Positions 1 to 12,800 of a DNA stretch of 64,000 nt are shown here, in pieces (the first letter of the stretch is position 1; each line of letters opens with the position of its first letter). Source of the DNA: Macrostomum lignano (Eukaryota); the NCBI GenBank assembly GCA_002269645.1, contig NIVC01000032.1:1054001-1118000 (forward strand), written 5' to 3'. The notes beneath the pieces were generated by a model. That model was not told where the DNA came from. It made no database searches and saw only the letters and a program-made list of their open reading frames with translations. The translations under genes were made by a program, and so were the position numbers.

Positions 1-810
1 CATTGCGGTATGACTCGTTTGACCAATTATGAGGATGCTTATGACCGCTTTTGAATTTCTAAAATTAAGGAGCAAAAAACAAAGTCAGAAAGGCATATTA
101 AATAGGACAGAGAGAAAGAGTTGACACTGTATTTTATTAAAATAAATAGGCGTGACTTTTTTTATAAATCAGATTTCAAATCTGCAAAAATGAAAATATG
201 GAGACAGGGGATTCAGCTTTAAGGAAAAACGATTATGATTATGATTAATATTAATACCATCCTGTTGTATACAGAAATTAAATACGTTTTACAAAGCGAT
301 TTAAAACCTTTTTGGCAGCTAATCTTTCGGTCTAGTAGAGGAACAACAAAACTTATCAACAGAAATCAAATAGTGAGACATAAAAAATGTACACTCATAG
401 CTTCGCAGAGCAATAAAAAATTAATGTACATACAAATCTATTAATCAAACATACTTGTACTCGAGTTAAATTAAATACAGTTCATGCGGTTTTAAATACA
501 AATTTGAAAACCAGAAATTAAAATAACTAATACAATCCATCCATTAGAAGCCAGTGTTATATTATCAAATTGGCCTCTAAAATACAGATTTACTAGCACT
601 CAAAACTTAAACTATTATTTAGCAGCATTAGCAGACTGTACTGCGCACAAGCACATGCGAAAGTACACCAGTACAGGGACACTGAAAGTTATTAAACGAA
701 CCGAATGTAGGTTCAATGAATAGGGAGTTTTGTTATTCTGCGGAGATTTAGGAACACAAGAGGTCAAGGAACAGTAGAGGTTATTGAACAAGAGAGTTTA
801 AGGAAAATAT

Positions 811-1110
811 GAGGTCATTGAACAAGAGAGGTCATTGAACAAGGGTTTAGGGATATGAAAGGTCATTAAACAAGAGAGGTCATTGAACAAGAGAGGTCAT
901 TGAACAAGAGAGGTCATTGAACAAGAGAGGTCAAGGAACAAGAGAGGTCATTGAACAAGAGAGGTCATTGAACAAGAGAGGTCATAGAACAAGAGAGGTC
1001 ATAGAACAAGAGAGGTCATAGAACAAGAGAGGTCATAGAACAAGAGAGGTCATAGAACAAGAGAGGTCATAGAACAAGAGAGGTCAAGAAACATAAGAGG
1101 TGATTGAACA
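811..1110. repeat. 17-bp minisatellite (GAACAAGAGAGGTCATT/A)n
   Basis: About 15 direct units read from the sequence; a ~35-bp block at ~841 recurs at ~1111. Confidence 0.9.
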
Positions 1111-2536
1111 AGGGTTTAGGGATATGAAAGGTCATTAAACAAGATTAAAGCATTGAGAAGGTAAGCAGGTTTAACAGTGAGGCTTAACAGTGCGGAACAC
1201 CAGCAAACAAGAGATCATGACAGCAAAACAGTCTTTAGTATATTTAGAAGTTAATATTAAATATTATCAGCAAAACGAAAGTTTATAGTACTAAATTCAT
1301 AAATTGATTTATGACTTTTAACTTTAACTTGACTTTTAACAGGTAGATAAAAAGAAATTACCAGATTATACTTTTGCACAGTAAGACGTGGCACTTTATA
1401 ATCAAATAAATGTATAACTTATTAGCTACTGTTTGCTATACATACTTAATTTAAACAAAGTTCGTTAACAAAATGCATAAATAGGTCTGGGTCTGAGAGA
1501 GAAAAAGAAACAGCACGTCAAAATAATTATAAATATTAATCTTACCACATCAAACTTAAATTTAATTTTTACAAGGATTAAGGAATATGATTATTAACAG
1601 AGTTAAATAGAAAAAACTAAAGTACAAAAATTTGAACAGACAGAAAAGTCACCTGACTAGGCTTATTTAATACTTATCGAGTGTTTAAACTTAGCACACA
1701 AATTAACTTTATCAGCAACAATTGTGCCATACAAAAACAAATCACAGTATTAAATTAATAAACATAACAAAATCTAAATTACTTATATTTATTACAATAT
1801 AAAAATACTGCACGAAATATTATAGTTATTGATCGACATATTAAATTGGCCGATAACTGTACATCAAATTATTAATCAACATATACAGACATGTCAGACA
1901 CTTACAAAAATGAATACACGAAGCTAAATTCGGTGTTTAAGAAAGTAAAGGCAAAATGTGAATAAAAAGAGATTTTGCTTTTTTATTATTTCTTTTTGAA
2001 AAAAATGAGTCAAAACAGCCTGACAAACACGGTGACAGATTTTTTATGCACAATGTATTTGTTTCATATGCATCTTGCAAGCTAAATTAGACTATGAGCA
2101 CAGATATACTATATTAAATTTAAATGTTCGCTCTGCACATATCTACTCACTTTCAGTAGCAAAATAAGAATTTTCGACCTAACTTTGCCCTCTCTCCTTA
2201 CTGCTCTCTCATTGGCTGAGCCAGATTGGGACTGTCCCCCCCCCCCTAGGCTGGAGTTTCGTCCGTCTGACTTTGCCCTCTCTCCTTACTGCTCTCTGAT
2301 TGGCTGAGCTAGATTGGGCCTGCTGACAAGTGGAATTACGTCTCTCTCGGCGTTCACTTGTGTACATCGAATTAAATGCTTGCTGTTCATTCTCAACCCT
2401 ATATGCTCATGAGGCGCCGCCAAACCCGAGGAAGGAATGAAAATTTTAGCTTGTCCAATTAAATTTGAGTGACACTACGCAGACAAACTGCTGAAAAAAA
2501 GAGTAGACGTTCTTATGAAACACTGTAGCAAAGTTA

Positions 2537-2949
2537 TTAAGAATCCGCTGTTGCCGCCTCACTGCCGGTTCGCTCTACAAGACGAAAGGCGAAGACTCCA
2601 ATACGAAGGCATCTGAGCCGTTCCTGCTGCTGCTGACAGCGAGAAAATGTTAATCTTAATCGATTCTCGCCCGGCAAGCAGTTACTCAAACCGACTAGAA
2701 ATCGATCGCCGCTAACTGACAATGGCAATTGTCGATGATCGTTTAATAACACGCTGGTCACGTGACACGGACCATCGGATAGCCAACAGTGCAGGCTGAG
2801 CGGTGGCTCTTCGGCACCGCCACTGGCTGGCGCTAGCAGCAGCGATCTGGGCTGCTGGTGGCAGTGGATCAGAGCCAGAACGTGACCGCGTCGAGCGGCT
2901 TCATCAGCGGGTAGGTGAAAATTTGTCGACCAGTGCCGATTGTTGTTCG
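2537..2949 (-). CDS. MPHOSPH8: MPP8-like exon 5 (C-terminal beta-rich domain)
   Basis: Acceptor TTGTTTTATCCAG, phase 1; stop at 2537. Confidence 0.8.
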
Positions 2950-5639
2950 CTGGATAAAACAAGTCGGATGGGTTTGAGCGTCGGATGGGATTAGAAGCCG
3001 ATTAAAAACCGCATAGCAACAGCCTAGAAACCACATAGCAACAGCATAGAAACCGCATAGCAACAGCATAGAAACCGCATAGCAACAGCCTAAAACGCCC
3101 AGCAACAGCCTAGAAATCACATGGCAACAGCCTAGAAACCGTATAGCAACAGCCTAGAAACCCCATAGCAACAGCCTAGAAACCGCATAGCAACAGCCTA
3201 GAACGCCTAGAAACAGTCTAGAACGCCTAGCAACAGCTTAGAACGCCTAGCAACAGCCTACAACGCATAGCAACAGCCTAGAAACCGCATAGCAACAGCC
3301 TAAAAACCGCGTAGCAACAGCCTAGAAACGCATAGCAACAGCCTAGAAACCCCATAGCAACAGCCTAGAAACCACATAGCAACAGCCTAGAAACCGCATG
3401 GCCCTGGAAAAACCAAAGAAAGCTCACAGCTATCCGAGTCGACTGCAGCCGCAGCACTCCCAGGCCGAACATAATGCGGAGCGAACAGCAGCACAGCCGG
3501 TTCGAATCCAAATCTACCCAACCGATCAATCAAAAGATCGTGCATCGATTTGCACACCTGCCCAGCATAGCGTTGCAATACCAACGCGCTGCGCTGGCAA
3601 GTTTGCTTAGCATAGCGCAACGCTGTTAAATTATCGCGAGAGTCGACAATAGCGGCAAAATCTACGCCACCTTCAGAGCAGAGAGCTTCCACTAGATGAG
3701 GCCGGCGATTACGGATGGCTCTGTAGAGTGCGGAGCTTCTGCAGCCGCCGACGCCGCTGTCGTCGAAGCAACAGTGGTCGGGATCGGCACCGGCAATCAG
3801 CAGGCGATGCACAGTAGGCAGCGAGTCCTGTTCAACCGCCAGCATTAGAGGCGAAGCCGGGCCGAAGCAGGGGTCCGGCGATTGGAAATTCACGTCTAGA
3901 TTCTGCAGGCATTGTTAAAGGATTTCGATAGCAGATAGTTTCTCAGAGCAGATAGCAGATAGACAGTACATGCATGTAAAATAAATGTGAGAAGGCTCAT
4001 GAACTTTCGAGTTTGTGAAGATTCGAGCTTCTGAAGCTTCGAGCTTGTGAAGATTTGAGCTGGTGAAGATTTGAGCTGGTGAAGATTTGAGCTGGTGAAG
4101 ATTCGAGCTGGTGAATATTCGAGCTGGTGAAGGTTCGAGCTGGTGAAGATTTGAGCTGGTGAAGATTCGAGCTTGTGAAGATTCGAGCTGGTGAAGATTC
4201 GAGCTGGTGAATATTCGAGCTGGTGAAGGTTCGAGCTGGTGAAGATTTGAGCTGGTGAAGGTTCGAGCTTGTGAAGATTCGAGCTAGTGAAGATTCGAGC
4301 TTGTGAAGATTTGAGCTGGTGAAGGTTCGAGCTGGTGAAGATTCGAGCTTCTGAAGCTTCGAGCTTGTGAAGATTTGAGCTGGTGAAGATTTGAGCTGGT
4401 GAAGATTTGAGCTGGTGAAGATTCGAGCTGGTGAATATTCGAGCTGGTGAAGGTTCGAGCTGGTGAAGATTTGAGCTGGTGAAGATTCGAGCTTGTGAAG
4501 ATTCGAGCTGGTGAAGATTCGAGCTGGTGAATATTCGAGCTGGTGAAGGTTCGAGCTGGTGAAGATTTGAGCTGGTGAAGGTTCGAGCTTGTGAAGATTC
4601 GAGCTAGTGAAGATTCGAGCTTGTGAAGATTCGAGTTGTGAAAACTACGTCCCCCTAAGGCTACAAGAAAACATCTATCCAATTGGATTTCTAACCTGTC
4701 CATCACAGAACTCCGGTGCTTTAGCCAGCAACAGGTCCACCAGGCAAGCGTGACCACGGCTAGCCGCCAAGCATAGCAGCCGGCGAAAACAGTCTAGCGT
4801 TAATCGCTCCTCAGACGAGACAGCAACTAACGGCACGGAAGCCATCGCTAAGCTGGCCCTACTAAATGATCCGCGAAGCATCAGAGTCCGCTGGACGGCA
4901 AGCCAGTCGCCGCGTTCAACCGCCTGGCACAGCGCCGCAAACGACAAGGGAGCGGAACGACGCCTGCGGCGAAATTGTTGCTTAGCTGACAAAGTCAAGA
5001 CGTCGCCGCCATCAATCCGATCAATATCGCCCGAAACGCTCGGTCTCAGGTGAGCTCTAAACAGTTCAACTTGACTATAGGAAGGCGTCGGCAAATCTAC
5101 GGCTGTTAAGTCGTCAAATTCGTCGATTTCATCGTCGATTTGTTCATCATTTTCAACGCCTTCATCATTGTGTTGTTGTTGTTGCTTTTGTTGCTGCTTG
5201 ATCTGCTTTCGCTTTTGCGTATGAATTCTAGGCTTTTTAGCGGATAAAAGCAAGTTGTTAAGCAAAGATTGCTGCTGCTGTTGTTGTTGCTGCTGTTTAG
5301 GCGGAGTGACTGGGCAGCCAGAGTCGCAACTGGACGCCGAGTTATTAGCGATGACATCCTTGGCAACAACGCTTAAAGCGGCCACAGCGGAAGTTGTCAG
5401 GCCCTGAATGCAATGAGGTTGAAAATAAATGTGTGAGACTAATAGGCTTTATGTCTTGATTATACCTAGTTATACTGCTATTTTATTATGATTTATATAC
5501 ACATCAGTTCAGCTATCTGTCGTAGTATCTGACTGTGTTTGTACGAGTGTCTTAGTGTCTCTGTTTTGTAGTGTCTGTCTGGCTTCTACATTCTGTCTAT
5601 CCTTGTAATGTCTGCCTGTCTGTTTCTGTCAGTCGGTGA

Positions 5640-5701
<62 letters not shown>

Positions 5702-5730
5702 CTATCTATCTGTCTGTCTGTCTGTCTTAG

Positions 5731-5771
<41 letters not shown>

Positions 5772-5774
5772 TAG

Positions 5775-5862
<88 letters not shown>

Positions 5863-7232
5863 ATTTGTCTGTCTGCCTGTCATAAAAAACGCGCCCAGCT
5901 ACCTGAACAGCTGGCCGGCTTTCGTCCATCTCAACGGTGCTAGACGAGCCAACAGAGTTGGCCGCAAAGCAGCTGCCAGTATCCGAGTGGTTCGAATTCG
6001 CATCCACATCATCATCATCATCGTCTTCATAATCAGCCTCACCGGCATCAGCTGTGCAACTTTCGTTATTCAAATCGTCATTGATTTTTTCGGACTCTTC
6101 GAATCGGGACTGGACTGGAGGCTCGGACGAGACGGCTCGAACTGGGACGTCGATTTCGTCATCGTCCAAGTCCGAAGCGGCGCTCTCGCTGTCGCCGTTG
6201 ATTCGACGTCGGCATTTCACACGACTGTAGAGATCGTTAGATCTGAGGAAGGGGGGAGGCGAGAGGAAGTTGATGAGGCGCTTGATGATAAAGAGAGACC
6301 AAGGAAAAGCTCGGATGGCCAAAGGCTCATGAGGCAGCAGGGTATCGATATTATCGATCTGAACAAAGACTCAATAAGGATATTGTCAATCTGAACAAAG
6401 ACTTCAAAAGATAATTAATTGATAAAGACTGTATGAGTAGCCAAAAGCGCCGTAGCCCAGTGGTCCAGTGTGGCGCTCTGGTGTGCCAGCGGCCCAGGCT
6501 CGACTCCAAGTGCAGTCACATTAATTTGGGGCTAAATTGGAATCTCGGCTTGGCTCTGCTCGTGCAATTAACGGCCTTGAGGCCCAACCCCCCAAGGCGC
6601 AGTGAAGTGTACATGCCTAACGATAAATAAAGTTAGGGCCGCTGTGCACTCCTGTGAGTGTGTGCCTGTGCGTATGACTGCGTACGCATCCGCGCGCTTG
6701 TGTGCCTGCTCAGGGGAGTCGGCGGAATAGGCAGCAATGCAATGCAAAACCCTGCCTCTAATTGGCACACCTGCCCAGGTGAATTCAAATTACGTTAGCT
6801 ACAAACCCCAATCCAAACCACAAAGTTCACTTACCTAATATCGATTTTACCCGCTTCTAAATCGTCGAAAAATTTCGTTTTCGACGCGACTAACTGACTA
6901 GCGGGCACGACGTCCCATTTTCGATTGGCATTACGTTTTCTAGAACTGCTACTGGCAGTAGTGTGAGCAGAGCTACCGACGCCACTGCCAGAAGCGACGG
7001 CACCTTTCTGTCGAAATTGTTGCACCAGCTCGGCTACGGAGCTCAGGTTGCTCTCCGGTTCCCAGGTGTCGTGGGCTGACGAATAGTTCTTCCAACGAAC
7101 TTTGAAATGCGCTACGCCATTTTCGAATTTTTCAGCCAACAATTTACCAACGGTGAATAATTGCTGCCTGTTGCTACTAGAAGTAGACGGACTGATTATT
7201 GGCACTTCGTGATCAGCAGTTGATCCATCCAT
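2537..7232 (-). CDS. MPHOSPH8: MPP8-like chromodomain-ankyrin repeat protein (M-phase phosphoprotein 8 / HUSH subunit homologue), 5 exons, 777 aa
   Basis: Model join(7232-6835,6242-5903,5403-4696,3902-3428,2949-2537): all GT-AG, phases 2,0,0,1 consistent, 2334 nt. N-terminal chromodomain ([21 protein letters not shown]), acidic/Q-rich linker, ankyrin repeats ([44 protein letters not shown]) and a C-terminal [17 protein letters not shown]...GENRL...IGVFAFRLV segment matching the human MPP8 C-terminus as recalled (GPCSVQAVVLNDKFQLP...GPNKL...IGAYRV). Confidence 0.8.
3010..3400. repeat. ~22-bp minisatellite (GCATAGCAACAGCCTAGAAACC)n in MPP8-like intron 4
   Basis: Direct repeats fill most of the 478-bp intron. 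Confidence 0.9.
3428..3902 (-). CDS. MPHOSPH8: MPP8-like exon 4 (ankyrin repeats)
   Basis: Acceptor CCTGCAG; donor GTGAGC; [16 protein letters not shown] ankyrin motif. Confidence 0.82.
4005..4640. repeat. 16-bp minisatellite (GAAGATTCGAGCTGGT)n in MPP8-like intron 3
   Basis: About 39 units; related to the array at 11050-11600. Confidence 0.92.
4696..5403 (-). CDS. MPHOSPH8: MPP8-like exon 3 (polyQ linker, first ankyrin repeats)
   Basis: Acceptor CATTCAG; donor CAG|GTTAGA; ankyrin-like motifs. Confidence 0.8.
5570..5880. repeat. (TGTC)n microsatellite in MPP8-like intron 2
   Basis: Long near-perfect tetranucleotide run. Confidence 0.95.
5903..6242 (-). CDS. MPHOSPH8: MPP8-like exon 2 (acidic linker)
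   Basis: Acceptor CCCCCTTCCTCAG; donor CAG|GTAGCT; frame joins exons 1 and 3. Confidence 0.75.
6449..6740 (+). mobile_element. tRNA-derived SINE-like repeat, copy 1 (MPP8-like intron 1)
   Basis: Close match over ~290 bp to 17257-17550; A-box-like TAGCCCAGTGG and B-box-like GGCTCGACTCC at the head. Confidence 0.7.
6835..7232 (-). CDS. MPHOSPH8: MPP8-like exon 1 (chromodomain)
   Basis: ATG at 7232; chromodomain; donor AG|GTAAGT at 6834. Confidence 0.88.
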
Positions 7233-7429
7233 TTTCCCTTTTGGACTTATTTACTCACCTTCAAAGATGAAGGCAGAGTTTTGAAAAATGAACTGGAATT
7301 ACTGATTATCTGTTGTTGTTTTTTAAAGAATTATTGGGTTTTTGTAATTGAAGCTCCACTGAAGCAGAAAAAAAAACAAGCCGATTATATGTCTAAAAAT
7401 TATAGAACCTCTAAGGGATATGTACAGAT

Positions 7430-8200
7430 GTGAGATTGAGAGATTAGAGATAGACTGGGTGAGATTAAAGATAGACTGAGTAAGATTAGGGATAGACTGG
7501 GTAAGATTAGGGATAGACTGGGTAAGATTAGGGATAGACTAGGTGAGCTTAAGGATAGACTGAGTAAGATTAGGGATAGACTGGGTAAGATTAGGGATAG
7601 ACTGGATGAGATTAGGGATAGACTGGGTAAGATTAGGGATAGACTGGGTGAGATTAGGGATAGACTGGGTGAGATTAGGGATAGACTAGGTGAGCTTAAG
7701 GATAGACTGAGTAAGATTAGGGATATACTGGGTGAGAATAGGGATAGACTGGGTAAGATTAGGGATAGACTGGGTGAGATTAGGGATAGAATTGGTGAGA
7801 TTAGGGATAGAATGGTTGAGATTAAAAATAGACTTGGTGAGATTAAGGATACACTGGGTGGGATTAGGGGTAGTATTCTTGAGATTGAGGACACAATTCT
7901 AAAGATAGGAAAAATACTCTAGATATTAGGGTTAAGAACTAGCTCTAGAGATTGGAGATAAAAGTTGATAGATTGGGGATAGAAGTCTATAGATTGTAAA
8001 TAGAAGTCTATAGATTGGGGATAGAAGTCTATAGATTGGGGATATAAGTCTATAGATTTGGGATAGAAGTCTATAGATTTGGGATAGAAGTCTACAGATT
8101 GGGGATAGAAGTCTATAGATTGGGGATAGAAGTCTATAGATTTGGGATAGAAGTCTATAGATTGGGGATAGAAGTCTACAGATTGAAGACAAAGTTTATA
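7430..8200. repeat. Two adjacent 20-21-bp minisatellites (GGGATAGACTGGGTAAGATTA)n and (GGGATAGAAGTCTATAGATTG)n
   Basis: Direct units at 7430-7880 and 7960-8200, both containing GGGATAGA; upstream of the MPP8-like ATG. Confidence 0.9.
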
Positions 8201-8754
8201 GACTGGGGACAGAGTTATTGGAGATATACAGGAAAGCACCTATTACACTATCAATAGTAAAAACAACAAAATAAAGCTAAGGCTCAATCACAATAGAAAA
8301 AAAGAATCAACGCAATTTCCGCAATATATGTAATATATATTTTATTATTGTTAAATACTATTGTTTGTAAACTACCAAGCCGAACTGGAGGGAAGAATAA
8401 ACTTTTAATTGTAGATTTAATTTGATTTGATAAGAGCAGAAATTGTGTTTAAATAATAGGATTATCTAATTCATCTAATACAGAATAACAAAACACAAAG
8501 TTAGATAAAAAAGCTACTGACTAAACTAATAAAACTCGACAGAGGAAAAATTGACACTGGGAAGAAAATGAACAAAAAATATCCCAAAAATATAGGGAGG
8601 AAACGAGGACTTCAAAGCGAGACTATAACAAACGGAGAGAAAAATAAATATTGGTGAAAACAATGAGCTCTTGAAACAGACTAACAACAAGGCTTACAAC
8701 TATTAATATGCATGCATGATAGCTACGAGTACTTCACAAGGATTCTAAGAGCAG

Positions 8755-9200
8755 TCAAATTGGCGCCAAACATTGATTCAAATTGGCGCCAAACAGTGAT
8801 TCAAATTGGCGCCAAACAGTGATTCAAATTGGCGCCAAACATTGATTCAGATTGGCGCCAAACATTGATTCAAATTGGCGCCAAACATTGATTAAAATTG
8901 GCGCCAGTGATTCAAATTGGCGCCAAACAGTGATTCAAATTGGTGCCAAACAGTGATTCAAATTGGCGCCAAACAATAATTTAAATTGGCGCCATTCATT
9001 AGTTCAAAATAGCGCCAAACATTTATTCAAAATAGCGCCAAACATTAATTCAAAATAGCGCCAAACAATGATTCAAAATAGCGCCAAACAAGATTCAAAT
9101 TGGCGCCAAAAATTGATTCAAAAAGCGCCAAACAATGATTCGAACTAGCATCCGAAATGATTTAAAAGTGACGCTAAACAGTGACTTAAATTGGCGCTAA
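8755..9200. repeat. 23-bp minisatellite (AAATTGGCGCCAAACATTGATTC)n
   Basis: About 19 units downstream of the DHTKD1 stop codon. Confidence 0.9.
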
Positions 9201-9444
9201 ACAGCTGACAAAACTTGTATAAAATATCAAGTTAGCTATTAAGGATAAAATACTTTTTTAACACATAGGAAGACAATAATTAAGAATACTGCTCGAATTT
9301 AAGCTAAATAAAACAACCCATACACTCATATTAATTATCGTATTACTAGACTGAAAACAAAATAATTCATAAATAAACAATAAATTTCAATAGAGATTAA
9401 CAAGAAGTCCAATAAGATATCCAAAATCGCGACTCGATAAAAAA

Positions 9445-9813
9445 TTATGAAAAGAAAGCGTCAGTCATAAGTCGGTCAGCTTCACTTCGATGCAGCGAAC
9501 CGATACCAACAGCCGGTGTTGCCAGCTCCTTTCTGCCGGCATAGCGCACACCAGTCAGGCCCAGAAGGTTCCTAATTCTGGCCTCAACAAAGGACCACGC
9601 GCCCATGTTGCGAGGCTCCTCTTGGCTCCAGACCAGTTCCCTAGCGTTGGGATATTTGGCTAGTTGAGCGTGCACATCGTGCAGCGGGAACGGGGTCAGC
9701 TGTTCCACGCGGATTATAGCGGCGTCTTTTATCGACTTGGCTTTGCGATATTCGTCCAACGCGTAATAGTGCTTGCCTGTGCACAGGATTATCCGCTTAG
9801 GGCTTTGTGGCGC
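9445..9813 (-). CDS. DHTKD1: DHTKD1 exon 6
   Basis: In-frame acceptor CATCCGCAG|GCG; [17 protein letters not shown]; stop TAA. Confidence 0.88.
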   Translation of the reverse strand, partial: APQSPKRIILCTGKHYYALDEYRKAKSIKDAAIIRVEQLTPFPLHDVHAQLAKYPNARELVWSQEEPRNMGAWSFVEARIRNLLGLTGVRYAGRKELATPAVGIGSLHRSEADRLMTDAFFS

Positions 9814-12800
9814 CTGCGGATGGTTGATTCGTTTTCGAATGTACATTCTGGGGCAGGGGGAAACGGCTCAGTGTACATTCTGGGGCAGGGGGAAACGGCT
9901 CAGTGTACATTCTGGGGCAGGGGGAAACGGCTCAGTGTACATTCTGGGGCAGGGGGAAACGGCTCAGTGTACATTCTGGGGCAGGGGGAAACGGCTCAGT
10001 GTACATTCTGGGGCAGGGGGAAACGGCTCAGTATACATTCTGGGGCAGGGGGAAACGGCTCAATGTACATTCTGGGGCAGGGGGAAACGGCTCAGTGTAC
10101 ATTCTGGGGCAGGGGGAAACGGCTCAATGTACATTCTGGGGCAGGGGGAAACGGCTCAATGTACATTCTGGGGCAGGGGGAAACGGCTCAATGTACATTC
10201 TGGGGCAGGGGGAAACGGCTCAGTCTACATTCTGGGGCAGGGGGAAACGGCTCAATGTACATTCTGGGGCAGAGGGGAACGGCTCAGTGTACATTCTGGG
10301 GCAGAGGGGAACGGCTCAGTCTACATTCTGGGGCAGGGGGAAACGGCTCAATGTACATTCTGGGGCAGAGGGGAACGGCTCAGTGTACATTCTGGGGCAG
10401 AGGGGAACGGCTCAGTCTACATTCTGGGGCAGGGGGAAACGGCTCAATGAACATTCTGGGGCAGAGGGGAACGGCTCAGTGTACATTCTGGGGCAGAGGG
10501 GAACGGCTCAGTGTAGAGTCACATTCTGTGCAGAGGGCTTAAACGGCTCAGTGTACAGTCATTCTGGAGGCAGGGGGAAGGGCTCTGTACATGTATTCTA
10601 GCGCAGAGGGGAACGGCTCAAAGTACTTTCTTTCTGAATTCTGGGGCAGGGTAAATTCAAGAACAGGGACACAAAGATGTAAAGATCAAATCTCACAGAG
10701 GGGTCGGGCAGAACATGCTGAAAGTGTCGACCAGGTGCGAGCTCTTCCAAACTGGACACTGCAGCCGGGTGTCTTAGCAAAGTCTTCGGGCTGACAACAA
10801 TTAGAGGCTTACGAAATTTCCTACCAATTAGTTGGCGACGAAGCAGGTGAAAGTACTGAGCAGGCGTGGTCGGGTTGACAACCTTGGTAGAAAGGTAATT
10901 AATTTAAAGTCTCCGTTAGATACTAAATCTTAGTTTTCAGCGAATTGCTATCGATGTCGTTTTCTACAGCTAAAAGCTAAAAAAGTTAAAGTAGAAAAAA
11001 TCTTGCTAATTAGTGCTTTTTCGAGCTGGCTGAAACTTAGAGTCTGTGAAGCTACGGGCCTGTGAAGATTCAAGTTTGTGAAGATTCAAGTTGTGAAGAT
11101 TCAAGTTGTGAAGATTCAAGTTGTGAAGATTCGAGTTTGTGAAGATTCAAGTTGTGAAGATTCAAGTTTGCGAAGAATCGAGTTTATGAAGATTCAAGTT
11201 GTGAAGATTCGAGTTTGTGAAGATTCAAGTTGTGAAGATTCGAGTTTGTGAAGATTCAAGTTGTGAAGATTCGAGTTTGTGAATATTCAAGTTGTGAAGA
11301 TTCAAGTTTGCGAAGAATCGAGTTTATGAAGATTCAAGTTTGCGAAGAATCGAGTTTATGAAGATTCGAGTTTGTGAATATTCGAGTTTATGAAGATTCG
11401 AGTTTGTGAATATTCGAGTTTGGGAAGAATCGAGTTTAGGAAGAATCGAGTTTGGGAAGAATCGAGTTTGTGAATATTCGAGTTTATGAAGATTCGAGTT
11501 TGTGAATATTCGAGTTTGGGAAGAATCGAGTTTAGGAAGAATCGAGTTTGGGAAGAATCGAGTTCGTGAAGATTCGAGTTTGTGAAGTTTCGAGCTTATT
11601 TAAGTCCCCTAATTAATCGAAGTAATCCCGCCGTCGAATATTGACAAAAATATTTGTCAAATTTAAAGAGAACTCAACTTAGACAACAGCCTGAATAGGT
11701 GCAGCTAATCTACCTGCATATTAACCATATCGGTGTCGGGTTCAACCTCGCTAGAATCAGTCAGCTGAAGCCAACGTTCGATCCGGCAGCTGGAGTGCTC
11801 CGGCCCAGCTCCATCGTAACCGTGAGGCAGCAACAGCACCAGGCCATTCTGATGGCCCCACTTAGCCTCAGCCGAGCCAATATAAGTGTCAATAATAATT
11901 TGAGCACCGTTGAAGAAGTCACCGAACTGAGCTTCCCAGATGCACAGCCGATCGGGCTGATCCATGGCCATGCCGAATTCGAATCCTAGCACAGCCTCTT
12001 CGGATAAAATGCTGTTGGCGATCTCCAGCCTACCGGAGGCATCGGCCAGCCTATTCAACGGTACATCGATAGCGCCGCTAGCCTGATCAACTAGCATAGC
12101 ATGCCGCTGACTGAATGTACCCCTACCAACATCTTGGCCGCTGATTCTACAATGCCTACCCTGCAGCATCAGTGAGCCGATGGCCAGACACTCGGCCGTG
12201 GCCCAATCCATACCCGTTGCTAGGCGCTCTAACCGCTTAGCAACGTGCCCTTTAACTAACGTAGGATGCAATTGAAATGTTGAATCTTTAGTTGCTACAG
12301 AAGCGGTTGCTATGCTTTTCAATTTGTCAGTGTCGAATCCGGTATCCCAAACTGTTAATCGCCGTTCAGGCGGCCTGACTGAACTCCAGTCACCTTTGCG
12401 AACGTACTGATCGATTTTGACAGATTCAGACAGGGCCAATTCATCTGAGAGATGCTGGCGCCATTTGGAGCAAGAGTCAGCCACTTGGGATTGCAGATTG
12501 GAGTCAAGGCTGCTCACGAATCTGGATTGGAAGACAATGATTGAGAGAGTGAAGATGTTTGATCTTTTAGTTAACTGTTTTCTTATCTACTGCTAATAAA
12601 CCTTCAGGACATTATTGAGGCAATTATCTTAACTTCACCCTGTATTATCCATATTTTAGCGCCAAAACTGACATTTTTACTGATATTTTGGCGCCAAAAA
12701 CAGACACCATTTCGCTGATACTTTGGCGCCAAAAACAGATACCTCTGCTGATATTTTGGCGCCAAAAACAAACACCATATCGCTGATTCTTTGGCGCCAG

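Noticed and set aside
2168-2320. Duplicated ~60-bp block with ATTGG boxes downstream of the MPP8-like stop
   Set aside because: Only two copies, no TSD or TIR; function cannot be supported.
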